Part shown: positions 15,079-22,165 of the stretch, in pieces
Layout of the letters: the number at the start of each line of letters is the position of its first letter
Position numbering within the stretch: position 1 is the stretch's first letter
NCBI GenBank assembly: GCA_964449215.1
Contig: CAYVAH010000011.1
Span: forward strand, 1-22,165
Length of the DNA stretch: 22,165 nucleotides
Direction: 5' to 3'
From: Candidatus Undinarchaeota archaeon
GTDB taxonomy: Archaea; SpSt-1190
The notes under the pieces: model-generated
Seen by the model: the letters and a program-made list of their open reading frames with translations, nothing else
The model's database searches: none
Told to the model about the DNA's origin: nothing
Made by a program: the position numbers and the translations under genes

Positions 15079-15762
15079 ATGCGACTGGGGCAGCACTTCC
15101 TCAAAAGCAGGGAAGTGGCATGGTTTATGGTGGAAGCAGCAGGGTTGACCGGGAAAGAGCGGGTGCTGGAAATAGGCCCGGGCAGGGGCATTATCACGCG
15201 ATTGCTGGCACAGAGGGCAAGGAAGGTTATAGCTGTCGAGAAAGACCGCTCCCTCGAACCCTATCTCCGTGAGCTGCCGGAAAATGTGGAGCTCGTGTGG
15301 GGGGACATTCTCAAAATGTCCTTTCCTGAGGTGGATGCAGTCGTGTCAAACCTGCCCTTCTACATCTCCTCACAGCTCCTTTTTGCCCTGCCCCCTGTTC
15401 CAGCCGTGCTGGGCCTGCAGAAGGAGTTCGCCCAGAAGATGGTGGCCAGGCCGGGTTCCCGGGAATACGGGAGGCTGAGCGTGAGCGCACAGCTCCGATT
15501 CCGCATCAGGGTCCTGCGGCACTTCCCGCCAGAGGTGTTTTCACCACCTCCAAAGGTGTGGCTGTCCGTCGTGCGCCTGAACCCCAACCGACCGGGGGAC
15601 TGGGCGGCCTCGGAAGAGTTCATACGCCGGGTATTCTCCTACCCCAACAAGAAACTGGACAATGCCCTGAAACTGGCAGGCTACCCCCCTTCCGGAATGG
15701 ACAAGCGCGTCCGGGAGCTGACACCCGACGAGGTGGTGAAGCTCGCCCGTCAATACTCATAA
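15079..15762 (+). CDS. rsmA: 16S rRNA adenine dimethyltransferase (KsgA/Dim1)
   Basis: LGQHFL, VLEIGPGRG, VEKD, GD, VSNLPFYIS, QKEFA, YGRLSV, FSPPPKV; start ATG 15079. Confidence 0.96.
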   Translation: MRLGQHFLKSREVAWFMVEAAGLTGKERVLEIGPGRGIITRLLAQRARKVIAVEKDRSLEPYLRELPENVELVWGDILKMSFPEVDAVVSNLPFYISSQLLFALPPVPAVLGLQKEFAQKMVARPGSREYGRLSVSAQLRFRIRVLRHFPPEVFSPPPKVWLSVVRLNPNRPGDWAASEEFIRRVFSYPNKKLDNALKLAGYPPSGMDKRVRELTPDEVVKLARQYS

Positions 15763-15986
15763 TACAGTTTTCCCCCCAGAGAAATTAACCCCCTGTTCCC
15801 GGTAACGCTCGGCACCAGATACACCGTCCCGGACGTCCCGCGCCTCCCAACATCCTCCATAGCTTCCTTCACCCGGAAGTTCTTGAGGGCCTTCTTGAAG
15901 CTCACAACAGCCCGCCCCCTGGCCTTCATATGCCGGTAATACTCAAAAAACTCCGAGACATCGAATATGATAGCCACGAATAGCAA
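15750..15986 (-). CDS. Small basic hypothetical protein
   Basis: Fills the gap between rsmA and the next gene and overlaps the rsmA 3' end by 13 nt; codon usage looks host-like. Start TTG 15986 or GTG 15977. No family recognised. Confidence 0.5.
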   Translation of the reverse strand: MLFVAIIFDVSEFFEYYRHMKARGRAVVSFKKALKNFRVKEAMEDVGRRGTSGTVYLVPSVTGNRGLISLGGKLYYEY

Positions 15987-16021
15987 GCTCGGAGGGGAAA
16001 TTTATCCTTTGCCACAAGGGA

Positions 16022-16027
16022 TTTAAA
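16022..16027 (+). promoter_or_regulatory. Putative TATA box
   Basis: TTTAAA ending 21 nt before ATG 16048. Confidence 0.55.
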
Positions 16028-16047
16028 CAGAGGTGACAGCCAATCAG

Positions 16048-16671
16048 ATGCGAATCCTGAAAGAAAACCTCTATGGGGAGCTGCACAGGTTTGCCGAGCC
16101 TGTGGTGGGGAGCATGGTCGAAAGCAGGCAGGTGCCGGGAATAATAGCCAAAACCGTTCTGAATGACCCGGCGGTAGCAAGGGTCGTGAAAAAATATGAA
16201 AGAGCCATTGATTTCGGGAGCGGTCTGGTCCTCAAGGAGGTTGTGGAGAGTCTGGAGTGTGACACCCGCCAGCTCGGGAACACCCTCAAGAAAACATTGA
16301 GCTGGCTGTCGAAGGACGAAGTTGTAGGAGCCTTCAAATACCTGGTTGATAACACCCCCAGCTCCTACCACAGCACACTTGAAAAATACTCGGGAGTGGA
16401 GTGGAGAGAACAGCTCCTCGCGGATGTAACCATCCATACGGTGAGAAGAACCTTCGAGGACTTCTACGGGGAAGCCCGCCCGGACCTTGAAAAACTGGCT
16501 CCACCCCTGCCGGGCAGTGGATACAGGGAATTCCTGAGAACCGTGGAAAAAAATGTTGACAGGGCGATGAGGTATGTGGGAAACGAGGATTTCGTGGAGG
16601 AAGCCAGGCTCTGGGAGGAATACGACAGGGAGCTTGCCGAAACGCTGGCCGAAGACGCATACAACGAATGA
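16048..16671 (+). CDS. Hypothetical cytoplasmic protein (207 aa) with acidic C-terminus
   Basis: Clean ORF with host-like codon usage and a TATA box at the standard spacing; no motif recognised. Confidence 0.75.
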   Translation: MRILKENLYGELHRFAEPVVGSMVESRQVPGIIAKTVLNDPAVARVVKKYERAIDFGSGLVLKEVVESLECDTRQLGNTLKKTLSWLSKDEVVGAFKYLVDNTPSSYHSTLEKYSGVEWREQLLADVTIHTVRRTFEDFYGEARPDLEKLAPPLPGSGYREFLRTVEKNVDRAMRYVGNEDFVEEARLWEEYDRELAETLAEDAYNE

Positions 16672-16674
16672 ACG

Positions 16675-16682
16675 TTTATTTA
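16675..16682 (+). promoter_or_regulatory. Putative TATA box of the surface-protein/MoxR operon
   Basis: TTTATTTA ending 22 nt before GTG 16704. Confidence 0.45.
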
Positions 16683-16703
16683 TTCCCCCCGTCCATTTTT
16701 ACA

Positions 16704-18194
16704 GTGAGACTGCTGGCGCTCTTTTTCTTGATGTCGCTCGTGTATGCGGACATATCACTCACGGCCGACACAGAAGTCGTCGCATATGACAGCTGGGAGA
16801 TACGCGCTTATGTTTCAGGTGTAAGCTACCCGACCTGCCACATAACAATCACCAGTGGAGGGGTGGTCCTGGATGAAGACATGCTCACCACCAGCGATTA
16901 TGCGTTCATCTCCACATCCTTCGGAGAAACGGGGGACTACACAGCCACTGTGGAATGTGATGGTGAGCAGGCAACCCTCGAATTTTCTGTCGTGGGGAAC
17001 TCCAGGCTCGAAGTGGAACTTGAGGGGGTGCCCGGGATAGGAGAGCCGCTCCAAATATCCGCGAGTTACACGGACCTCTCCGGCTCGCCAATATACCTCG
17101 GAAGCTGTGAAGCAAGGATATATGTGGATGGAGAACTCCTCGGCACCACAGAACTCTACAATACAGGGGAGGTTTACACGGGCTGGTGGACCATAACAAA
17201 GAGCGGGGACCACTCTGTGAAGGTAACCTGCTATGGATCAGGGTACACTGAGGCCTCAAGGACAAAGAGTTTCACGGTGGAGAAGCAACCCGTCACAGTA
17301 GAGCTGTCCCCAACGAGCCTTTCCGGAAAATTCGGGGATACCAAAAAGGCAATGGTAACGGTATTTCCAACCACCGCGTCCTGTGAGTCCAGCCTCGGCA
17401 CCCTCCAGGAGCTGAGCCCGGGCTACTATTCGCTGTCTGTGAACCTGAACTTCGTGGGGAAGAAGTCGGCGGTAATCAGCTGCTCTGCCCAGGACTACCT
17501 GTCGAGCTCAAAGACGGTGGAGATAAGTTCCAGAGAGAAGAAAACCACACTGACCGCGTCACTCTCCACGCAAAACCCCTTTTCATTCCAGAAGTTTCAG
17601 GTGACCCCAAACTACTATGATGCCTACTGGAACCCCGTGAAGGGAGCGTCCTGCACCGTGGAACTGGAAGGGGAAAGCCACAAAACCAGCAGTTTCGGAC
17701 CCGTATGGGTAAGGGCTCCTCCCGGACCGAGAAGGGCAGAGCTGAAGATAGCCTGCTCCAAATACGGGTACACAAGTGCCAGTGGGAGCGTGATTCTCCA
17801 GGTTCAGCCCATAGTTCTCTCAGGAAATGCGAAGCACCCGGACAGTTCAAAGGTCGGGGAGGAAACCAGAATCGAGCTCAACCTTTATCCCCCAATAAAA
17901 GCAAACTGCAGCCTGGAAGCGGAGCTGCTTTCCCTGACAGGCGCGCCACTCCAGAGCTTCAAGGAGGAAGCAGAGATGAACGGCACAGGGGGCTTTGCCA
18001 TAATCCCCGAAGAGGTTGGAACCCTGAAGTTCGTGGTCACGTGCAACTCCGGGGGATACACAGAATTCAACAGCTCCGGTGAAATTCTCATCTCCACCCT
18101 CTCAAGGGAGGAAGAAACACAGGCAACGATAGCCTTAACTATTCTCACGGTCATCCTGGCTGTGGGCTTCGTCCTCGTCAGGAGGTGGATATGA
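16704..18194 (+). CDS. Secreted, C-terminally anchored surface protein with about five Cys-paired beta-sandwich (Ig-like) repeats
   Basis: Signal peptide MRLLALFFLMSLVYA; S/T/V/G-rich beta pattern; 10 Cys in five pairs; C-terminal TM ATIALTILTVILAVGFVLV followed by RRWI. Alternative start ATG 16668. Confidence 0.8.
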   Translation: MRLLALFFLMSLVYADISLTADTEVVAYDSWEIRAYVSGVSYPTCHITITSGGVVLDEDMLTTSDYAFISTSFGETGDYTATVECDGEQATLEFSVVGNSRLEVELEGVPGIGEPLQISASYTDLSGSPIYLGSCEARIYVDGELLGTTELYNTGEVYTGWWTITKSGDHSVKVTCYGSGYTEASRTKSFTVEKQPVTVELSPTSLSGKFGDTKKAMVTVFPTTASCESSLGTLQELSPGYYSLSVNLNFVGKKSAVISCSAQDYLSSSKTVEISSREKKTTLTASLSTQNPFSFQKFQVTPNYYDAYWNPVKGASCTVELEGESHKTSSFGPVWVRAPPGPRRAELKIACSKYGYTSASGSVILQVQPIVLSGNAKHPDSSKVGEETRIELNLYPPIKANCSLEAELLSLTGAPLQSFKEEAEMNGTGGFAIIPEEVGTLKFVVTCNSGGYTEFNSSGEILISTLSREEETQATIALTILTVILAVGFVLVRRWI

Positions 18195-18622
18195 TGATTG
18201 GGAATCTTATCCGTGTGATGATGGAACATCCGATGCTGATGCTTGTGTTTCTCGCGGACCTGGCACTGATCTCGCTCATAACCTACTACATAGTTTCACA
18301 CGTTTTCGGGAAGAAGAGAATCGACCTGAAGCTCAGGGCATTTCTCAGCAGGTTCTTCGTCAGGTTCAGGTCCCACAACATAGAGGGGATCGAACCCCTC
18401 TACGAGTTTGTCATTGACACCTATGTGAGAAAAGGAATTGTGCACCCGGATATGGGGCGGGGGTTCAGGGCCAGGGAGAAGGTGCTGGAGTCCACGGAGG
18501 GAGAAGAACGCAGGGTCGTCCAGGCAATCTTTGACAGCTATGAGTCGAAAAAATATGGAGGTGGGGTGTGGAATGAAGAAAAAACTGTTTCTACTCTCCT
18601 TGATAAGTTTCGCGCTCTTTAG
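18191..18622 (+). CDS. Single-TM membrane protein with DUF4129-like C-terminal domain
   Basis: N-terminal TM followed by basic residues; LY...G...RE...IFDSYESKKYGG resembles the DUF4129 pattern. ATGA overlap with the upstream gene. Family call is tentative. Confidence 0.6.
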   Translation: MMIGNLIRVMMEHPMLMLVFLADLALISLITYYIVSHVFGKKRIDLKLRAFLSRFFVRFRSHNIEGIEPLYEFVIDTYVRKGIVHPDMGRGFRAREKVLESTEGEERRVVQAIFDSYESKKYGGGVWNEEKTVSTLLDKFRAL

Positions 18623-19568
18623 CACCGGTGCCACCGTAGTGCTTCCCGACTCGACGGGGGAATACCATGTTGCGGGCTTCCTGCCCTCCGCCCTTGAAGA
18701 ACTCAAGGAGCAGGGCAAATTCGTGCTGTTCGACGAAAAGGGGATACCCTACGGGTTCGTGGAAAACGGGGAGTTCAAGGACAGCATAGAGTATGGAGGT
18801 CTGAAGCTATTTCCCCCTGAAGGAGAGGAAGGAGTGATCGTCGGGAGCGGCTCGATAAGTGAGGCTTCAAAGGAGGTTGCCAGCATGAGGTTTGATCGGG
18901 GAATGGACGTGGACTGGAACCTCCTGAGGGAACAGGACTTCACCAGATACGCCTACTACTCCCAGAGATATGGCAGCCTCGGGAAGTTCCTTGAGGAGGG
19001 TATGGGGATAAACACAAGGGCCGAGGCCCTGGAACTCCTGAAAGGACTCCAGCCATCCGAGGCGAATGAGCTGCTGGACATATTCAGGGCACTCGAGGAA
19101 AACCAGGTGGGGTATTCTCACTACAAGGAGCTCCTCGACCACTATGAAAAGAACTTCGGCGACCTTTCAAAACAGCTCGACCCCGGGACACTCAGCAAGC
19201 TGAATGAGTTCATGAATGAAGTGAGGAAGGAAGCCGCGGAGCAGCTACTCCGGGAAGCCCTGAAAAACATAGGACCTGAGGAGTTGAAGCTGCTGTATGA
19301 ACTCCTGAAGGGGATGGACTATGGCACGCTCTATGAGCTGGCGAGAGACTACACCCGGGAACTCGCCAGGGATGGCACGCTGGACGAGATTGGCAAGGCA
19401 CTCAAGGAAAGCGGCGTCGGCAAGGAGATTCTTGATGAGTTCAGCCGGGCGACCGGAGAGATGCTCCGGACCCATATATGGGAACTCCTGCCACGGGACT
19501 TCACGTATTACCTGCTGGGCGCCGCACTTATTGTGGGAGTATGGTCATTAAGGAAGGTGGGAGGATGA
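18573..19568 (+). CDS. Secreted, C-terminally anchored acidic helical protein (331 aa)
   Basis: GGAGGTGG ribosome-binding site, then signal peptide MKKKLFLLSLISFALFSTG; E/L-rich helical body; C-terminal TM YYLLGAALIVGVWSL followed by RK. Confidence 0.8.
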   Translation: MKKKLFLLSLISFALFSTGATVVLPDSTGEYHVAGFLPSALEELKEQGKFVLFDEKGIPYGFVENGEFKDSIEYGGLKLFPPEGEEGVIVGSGSISEASKEVASMRFDRGMDVDWNLLREQDFTRYAYYSQRYGSLGKFLEEGMGINTRAEALELLKGLQPSEANELLDIFRALEENQVGYSHYKELLDHYEKNFGDLSKQLDPGTLSKLNEFMNEVRKEAAEQLLREALKNIGPEELKLLYELLKGMDYGTLYELARDYTRELARDGTLDEIGKALKESGVGKEILDEFSRATGEMLRTHIWELLPRDFTYYLLGAALIVGVWSLRKVGG

Positions 19569-20485
19569 TAAAGAAGTTTGAAGAGTTTGTGGAAGGTTCA
19601 GGCAAGGTCCTGGTTGGATTCGAAGAGGTTTCGGAGTCCCTCATAGCAGCCCTCCTGTGCAGGGGGCACGTGCTGCTGGAGGGGCCGCCGGGGGTGGCCA
19701 AGACCACACTGGCGAAGACATTCGCCAAGCTCGTGAACGCTGGCTTCAAGCGGATACAGTTCACACCGGACCTGCTCCCGACGGACATAATAGGTACAAT
19801 GATGTTCAACCCGAAAACCGGGGAGTTCAGGGTGCGCAAGGGTCCAATATTCACAAACATCATACTGGCGGACGAGATAAACCGCGCCTCTCCCAAGACG
19901 CAGAGTGCCCTGCTTGAGGCAATGGAAGAAAGGCAGGTCACCATCGAAGGGACCACCTACCAGCTCGAAGCTCCCTTCATCGTAATAGCAACACAAAACC
20001 CCGTTGAGCAGGAAGGCACCTACCCGCTACCGGAAGCACAGCTTGACCGCTTCCTCTTCAAGCTGGAGGTGAATTATCCCAAAAAGGAGCATGAAAAGGA
20101 AATAATCAAGAAGCTTGTGGCCAAGGCCGACACGGGACTCAAGCCCGTGTTCTCAAAACAGGAGATACTCAAACTCCGGAAGGAAGCCGAAAAGGTCTAT
20201 GTGTCGGAAAACGTCATGGAGTATATAGCCTCAATAGTGAATGCTCTGAGGAAAAACCCGGTGGTCGCGTGGGGACCGAGCCCGCGTGCCTCCATCGCCC
20301 TGACCAACGTCGGGAGGGCCGCCGCATTCATGGACGGCAGGAACTACGTGAAGCCCGGAGATGTGAAAAAATATGCTGTCCGAATCCTGCGACACCGCAT
20401 AGGAATAAAGCCGGAGAACGAGATAGAGGGCGTCACCACCGCACAGGTCGTGTCGGATGTTCTGGCTGAAGTTGATGCCGTATGA
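19565..20485 (+). CDS. moxR: MoxR-family AAA+ ATPase
   Basis: HVLLEGPPGVAKT (Walker A), RIQFTPDLLPTD, LADEINRASPKTQSALLEAMEE (Walker B), ATQNPVEQEGTYPLPEAQLDRF, GPSPRAS; start ATG 19565. Confidence 0.97.
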   Translation: MIKKFEEFVEGSGKVLVGFEEVSESLIAALLCRGHVLLEGPPGVAKTTLAKTFAKLVNAGFKRIQFTPDLLPTDIIGTMMFNPKTGEFRVRKGPIFTNIILADEINRASPKTQSALLEAMEERQVTIEGTTYQLEAPFIVIATQNPVEQEGTYPLPEAQLDRFLFKLEVNYPKKEHEKEIIKKLVAKADTGLKPVFSKQEILKLRKEAEKVYVSENVMEYIASIVNALRKNPVVAWGPSPRASIALTNVGRAAAFMDGRNYVKPGDVKKYAVRILRHRIGIKPENEIEGVTTAQVVSDVLAEVDAV

Positions 20486-22095
20486 GAGAGGAGTGGAAGT
20501 TCATAGTCCGCAGGGGAGCAGTGGGAGCGGTCCTATTCGTGCTGTCCCTGCTTCCCCTCAAGAATGCCCTTCTCTCCGTGACCCTGACAAACAAGGACCT
20601 CGACCTTATCTGGGTCCTGTTCGCCATCGCCCTGCCCCACATCTTGCGGGGGGCGGCAATAGCCGTGATATCGGGGGCAATATTCTTCGCCATGAAGATG
20701 ATTGCCCTCCCGCGGAAGAGCATTGAGAAGTCAATCTACGCCCTGAAAAAGAAAAAGCTGCTGAAGAACGCCATCTATGTTGTTATGGGAACTGTGCCCC
20801 TGCTGTTCCCGGTGAAGTCGGGGACGAGTTTCATGCAGGTCGCCGCGGTCTTCCCCCCCGCACTCAGAACTCCGTTTTACCTTGTGGGGTATATGGACGT
20901 GGCACTCGCCGCGGAAGCCCTTCTGGTTTCCCTTTTCACCGTGCACCTGCTCCGGCTCCTGAGCCTCGAGCTCGCCGAGGTGGAGCCGGTGATAAAAAAG
21001 CAGGTCTTCGAGGAAGGGACAGCTGTGGAGTTCAAGCTCCGCTCCCGTTCTCCCCTTCCCCTTGTGTCTCTCCCCATGCTGCCCTTCAAGCTCAAGGGGA
21101 AAGCACACTCGACGCTCACAAAGAGCAGGCATGAGGTGGAGGTGAAGGGCAAGCTCCCCGTCGGGTATTACCGGCTGGATGTCCTCCGCTACCAGGTCGC
21201 CACGCTCCCCTTCTTTTTTTCAAGTTTTTTCAAGACAACCTCGCGACCCCTGGAAATAACCGTGCTCCCCCGGATAAAGGTGAAAAATGTGCTGTATGCA
21301 AAGAACCCCTTCATAGTGAGGGAAACGGGGGAGCTAGTGAAGAAGGTCAGCGGGAGCTCTCTGGAGTTCGCAGGGATACGGGAGTTCGCGACGGGTGACC
21401 CGGTGGCGAAGATATGGTGGAAAGGACTGGCAAAGGGTCAGGGCCTGCTGACCAAGGACTTTTTCAGCCTGGCGGAGGACCGGTGGGTGCTCATAATGGA
21501 CCTTTCAGACCCGGAACTCAGCGAGGAGGATGAGAAGGCACTGATGAGCTTCTGCAGGGGGTTCGTGGAGATATTCACCCGGAAGGACGTGGAGCTGAGC
21601 ATTCACCTGGTATCGCCCACATACGCCTTCCTGGACTACTCGAGCAACAAACGTGCCTTGCTCTCCTTCCTCATCCGTCACTGGTCAGAGTTCAAGCACC
21701 TGAGCCATGAGGGGGCGAAGGAGGTGCTGAAGGATGCGGTGGGCAGGGGGGTGGAGGAGATCGAGAGGAGATGCAAGAAAAGTGGGGTGTCCCTCAGTTC
21801 CTTCCTGTTTTACTCCGGGCTCTCCGAGAAGCCAAAGAAGTTCTTCCGCTGGAGCAGGAGAAACAGCTTCAAGGAAAGCCTGCTTGAAATCACCAAGAAC
21901 CTGCGCAAGAGCGGGAAGATGCTCGTGGTAACGGCTGGCATGGAAGAGTGGATGATCGAGGATCTGCGCAAGGTAGCGATGACAAAAAGATGTCCTTTGC
22001 TCTTCGCGTCCTTTGCCAAGGTGCCGAAGGCCAGGAGCTACGTGATATCAAAGAAGAACCCGGAAAGGACAGCATGGAGGTTGATGTATGTATAG
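20482..22095 (+). CDS. DUF58-domain membrane protein (MoxR partner)
   Basis: Several N-terminal TMs; GSSLEFAGIREFATGDPVAKIWWKGLAK...LLTKDF is the DUF58 signature, followed by a vWA-like strand WVLIMDLS. ATGA overlap with moxR. Confidence 0.85.
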   Translation: MREEWKFIVRRGAVGAVLFVLSLLPLKNALLSVTLTNKDLDLIWVLFAIALPHILRGAAIAVISGAIFFAMKMIALPRKSIEKSIYALKKKKLLKNAIYVVMGTVPLLFPVKSGTSFMQVAAVFPPALRTPFYLVGYMDVALAAEALLVSLFTVHLLRLLSLELAEVEPVIKKQVFEEGTAVEFKLRSRSPLPLVSLPMLPFKLKGKAHSTLTKSRHEVEVKGKLPVGYYRLDVLRYQVATLPFFFSSFFKTTSRPLEITVLPRIKVKNVLYAKNPFIVRETGELVKKVSGSSLEFAGIREFATGDPVAKIWWKGLAKGQGLLTKDFFSLAEDRWVLIMDLSDPELSEEDEKALMSFCRGFVEIFTRKDVELSIHLVSPTYAFLDYSSNKRALLSFLIRHWSEFKHLSHEGAKEVLKDAVGRGVEEIERRCKKSGVSLSSFLFYSGLSEKPKKFFRWSRRNSFKESLLEITKNLRKSGKMLVVTAGMEEWMIEDLRKVAMTKRCPLLFASFAKVPKARSYVISKKNPERTAWRLMYV

Positions 22096-22165
22096 GCTGA
22101 AACCTGTGGTTGCATCAACGAAACCGAGCGGGTCCCGACACAGCAACCATCAACGCTTTGCGAGG

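Overview
Archaeal genomic window. The archaeal call rests on S4e, L14e, L19e, L32e, L34e, aIF1/SUI1, Rpp29 and TATA-box promoters; compact genes and missing adk/cmk suggest a reduced, possibly DPANN-type lineage (inference). Left part: a truncated Trm5-family tRNA methyltransferase missed by the ORF track, a HAD hydrolase, an M17 aminopeptidase, UDP-GlcNAc 2-epimerase and an AT-rich orphan. Centre (minus strand): the distal S10/spc cluster, L29-SUI1-Rpp29-S17-L14-L24-S4e-L5-S14-S8-L6-L32e-L19e-L18-S5-L30-L15-SecY-DUF106-L34e-L14e, apparently split by internal TATA boxes. Right part: a GIY-YIG-like nuclease, apt, rsmA/ksgA, two hypotheticals, and a coupled five-gene operon (disulfide-paired Ig-like surface protein, DUF4129-like protein, helical surface protein, MoxR AAA+ ATPase, membrane DUF58 protein). 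Most notable: (1) a 90-bp palindromic element between exact 20-bp direct repeats at the L6/L32e junction, leaving both genes intact, with a possible second copy starting at the window end; (2) the MoxR/DUF58 surface-protein operon; (3) a consistent TATA-to-start spacing of 21-22 nt, implying leaderless transcripts. No tRNA, rRNA or CRISPR array was seen.
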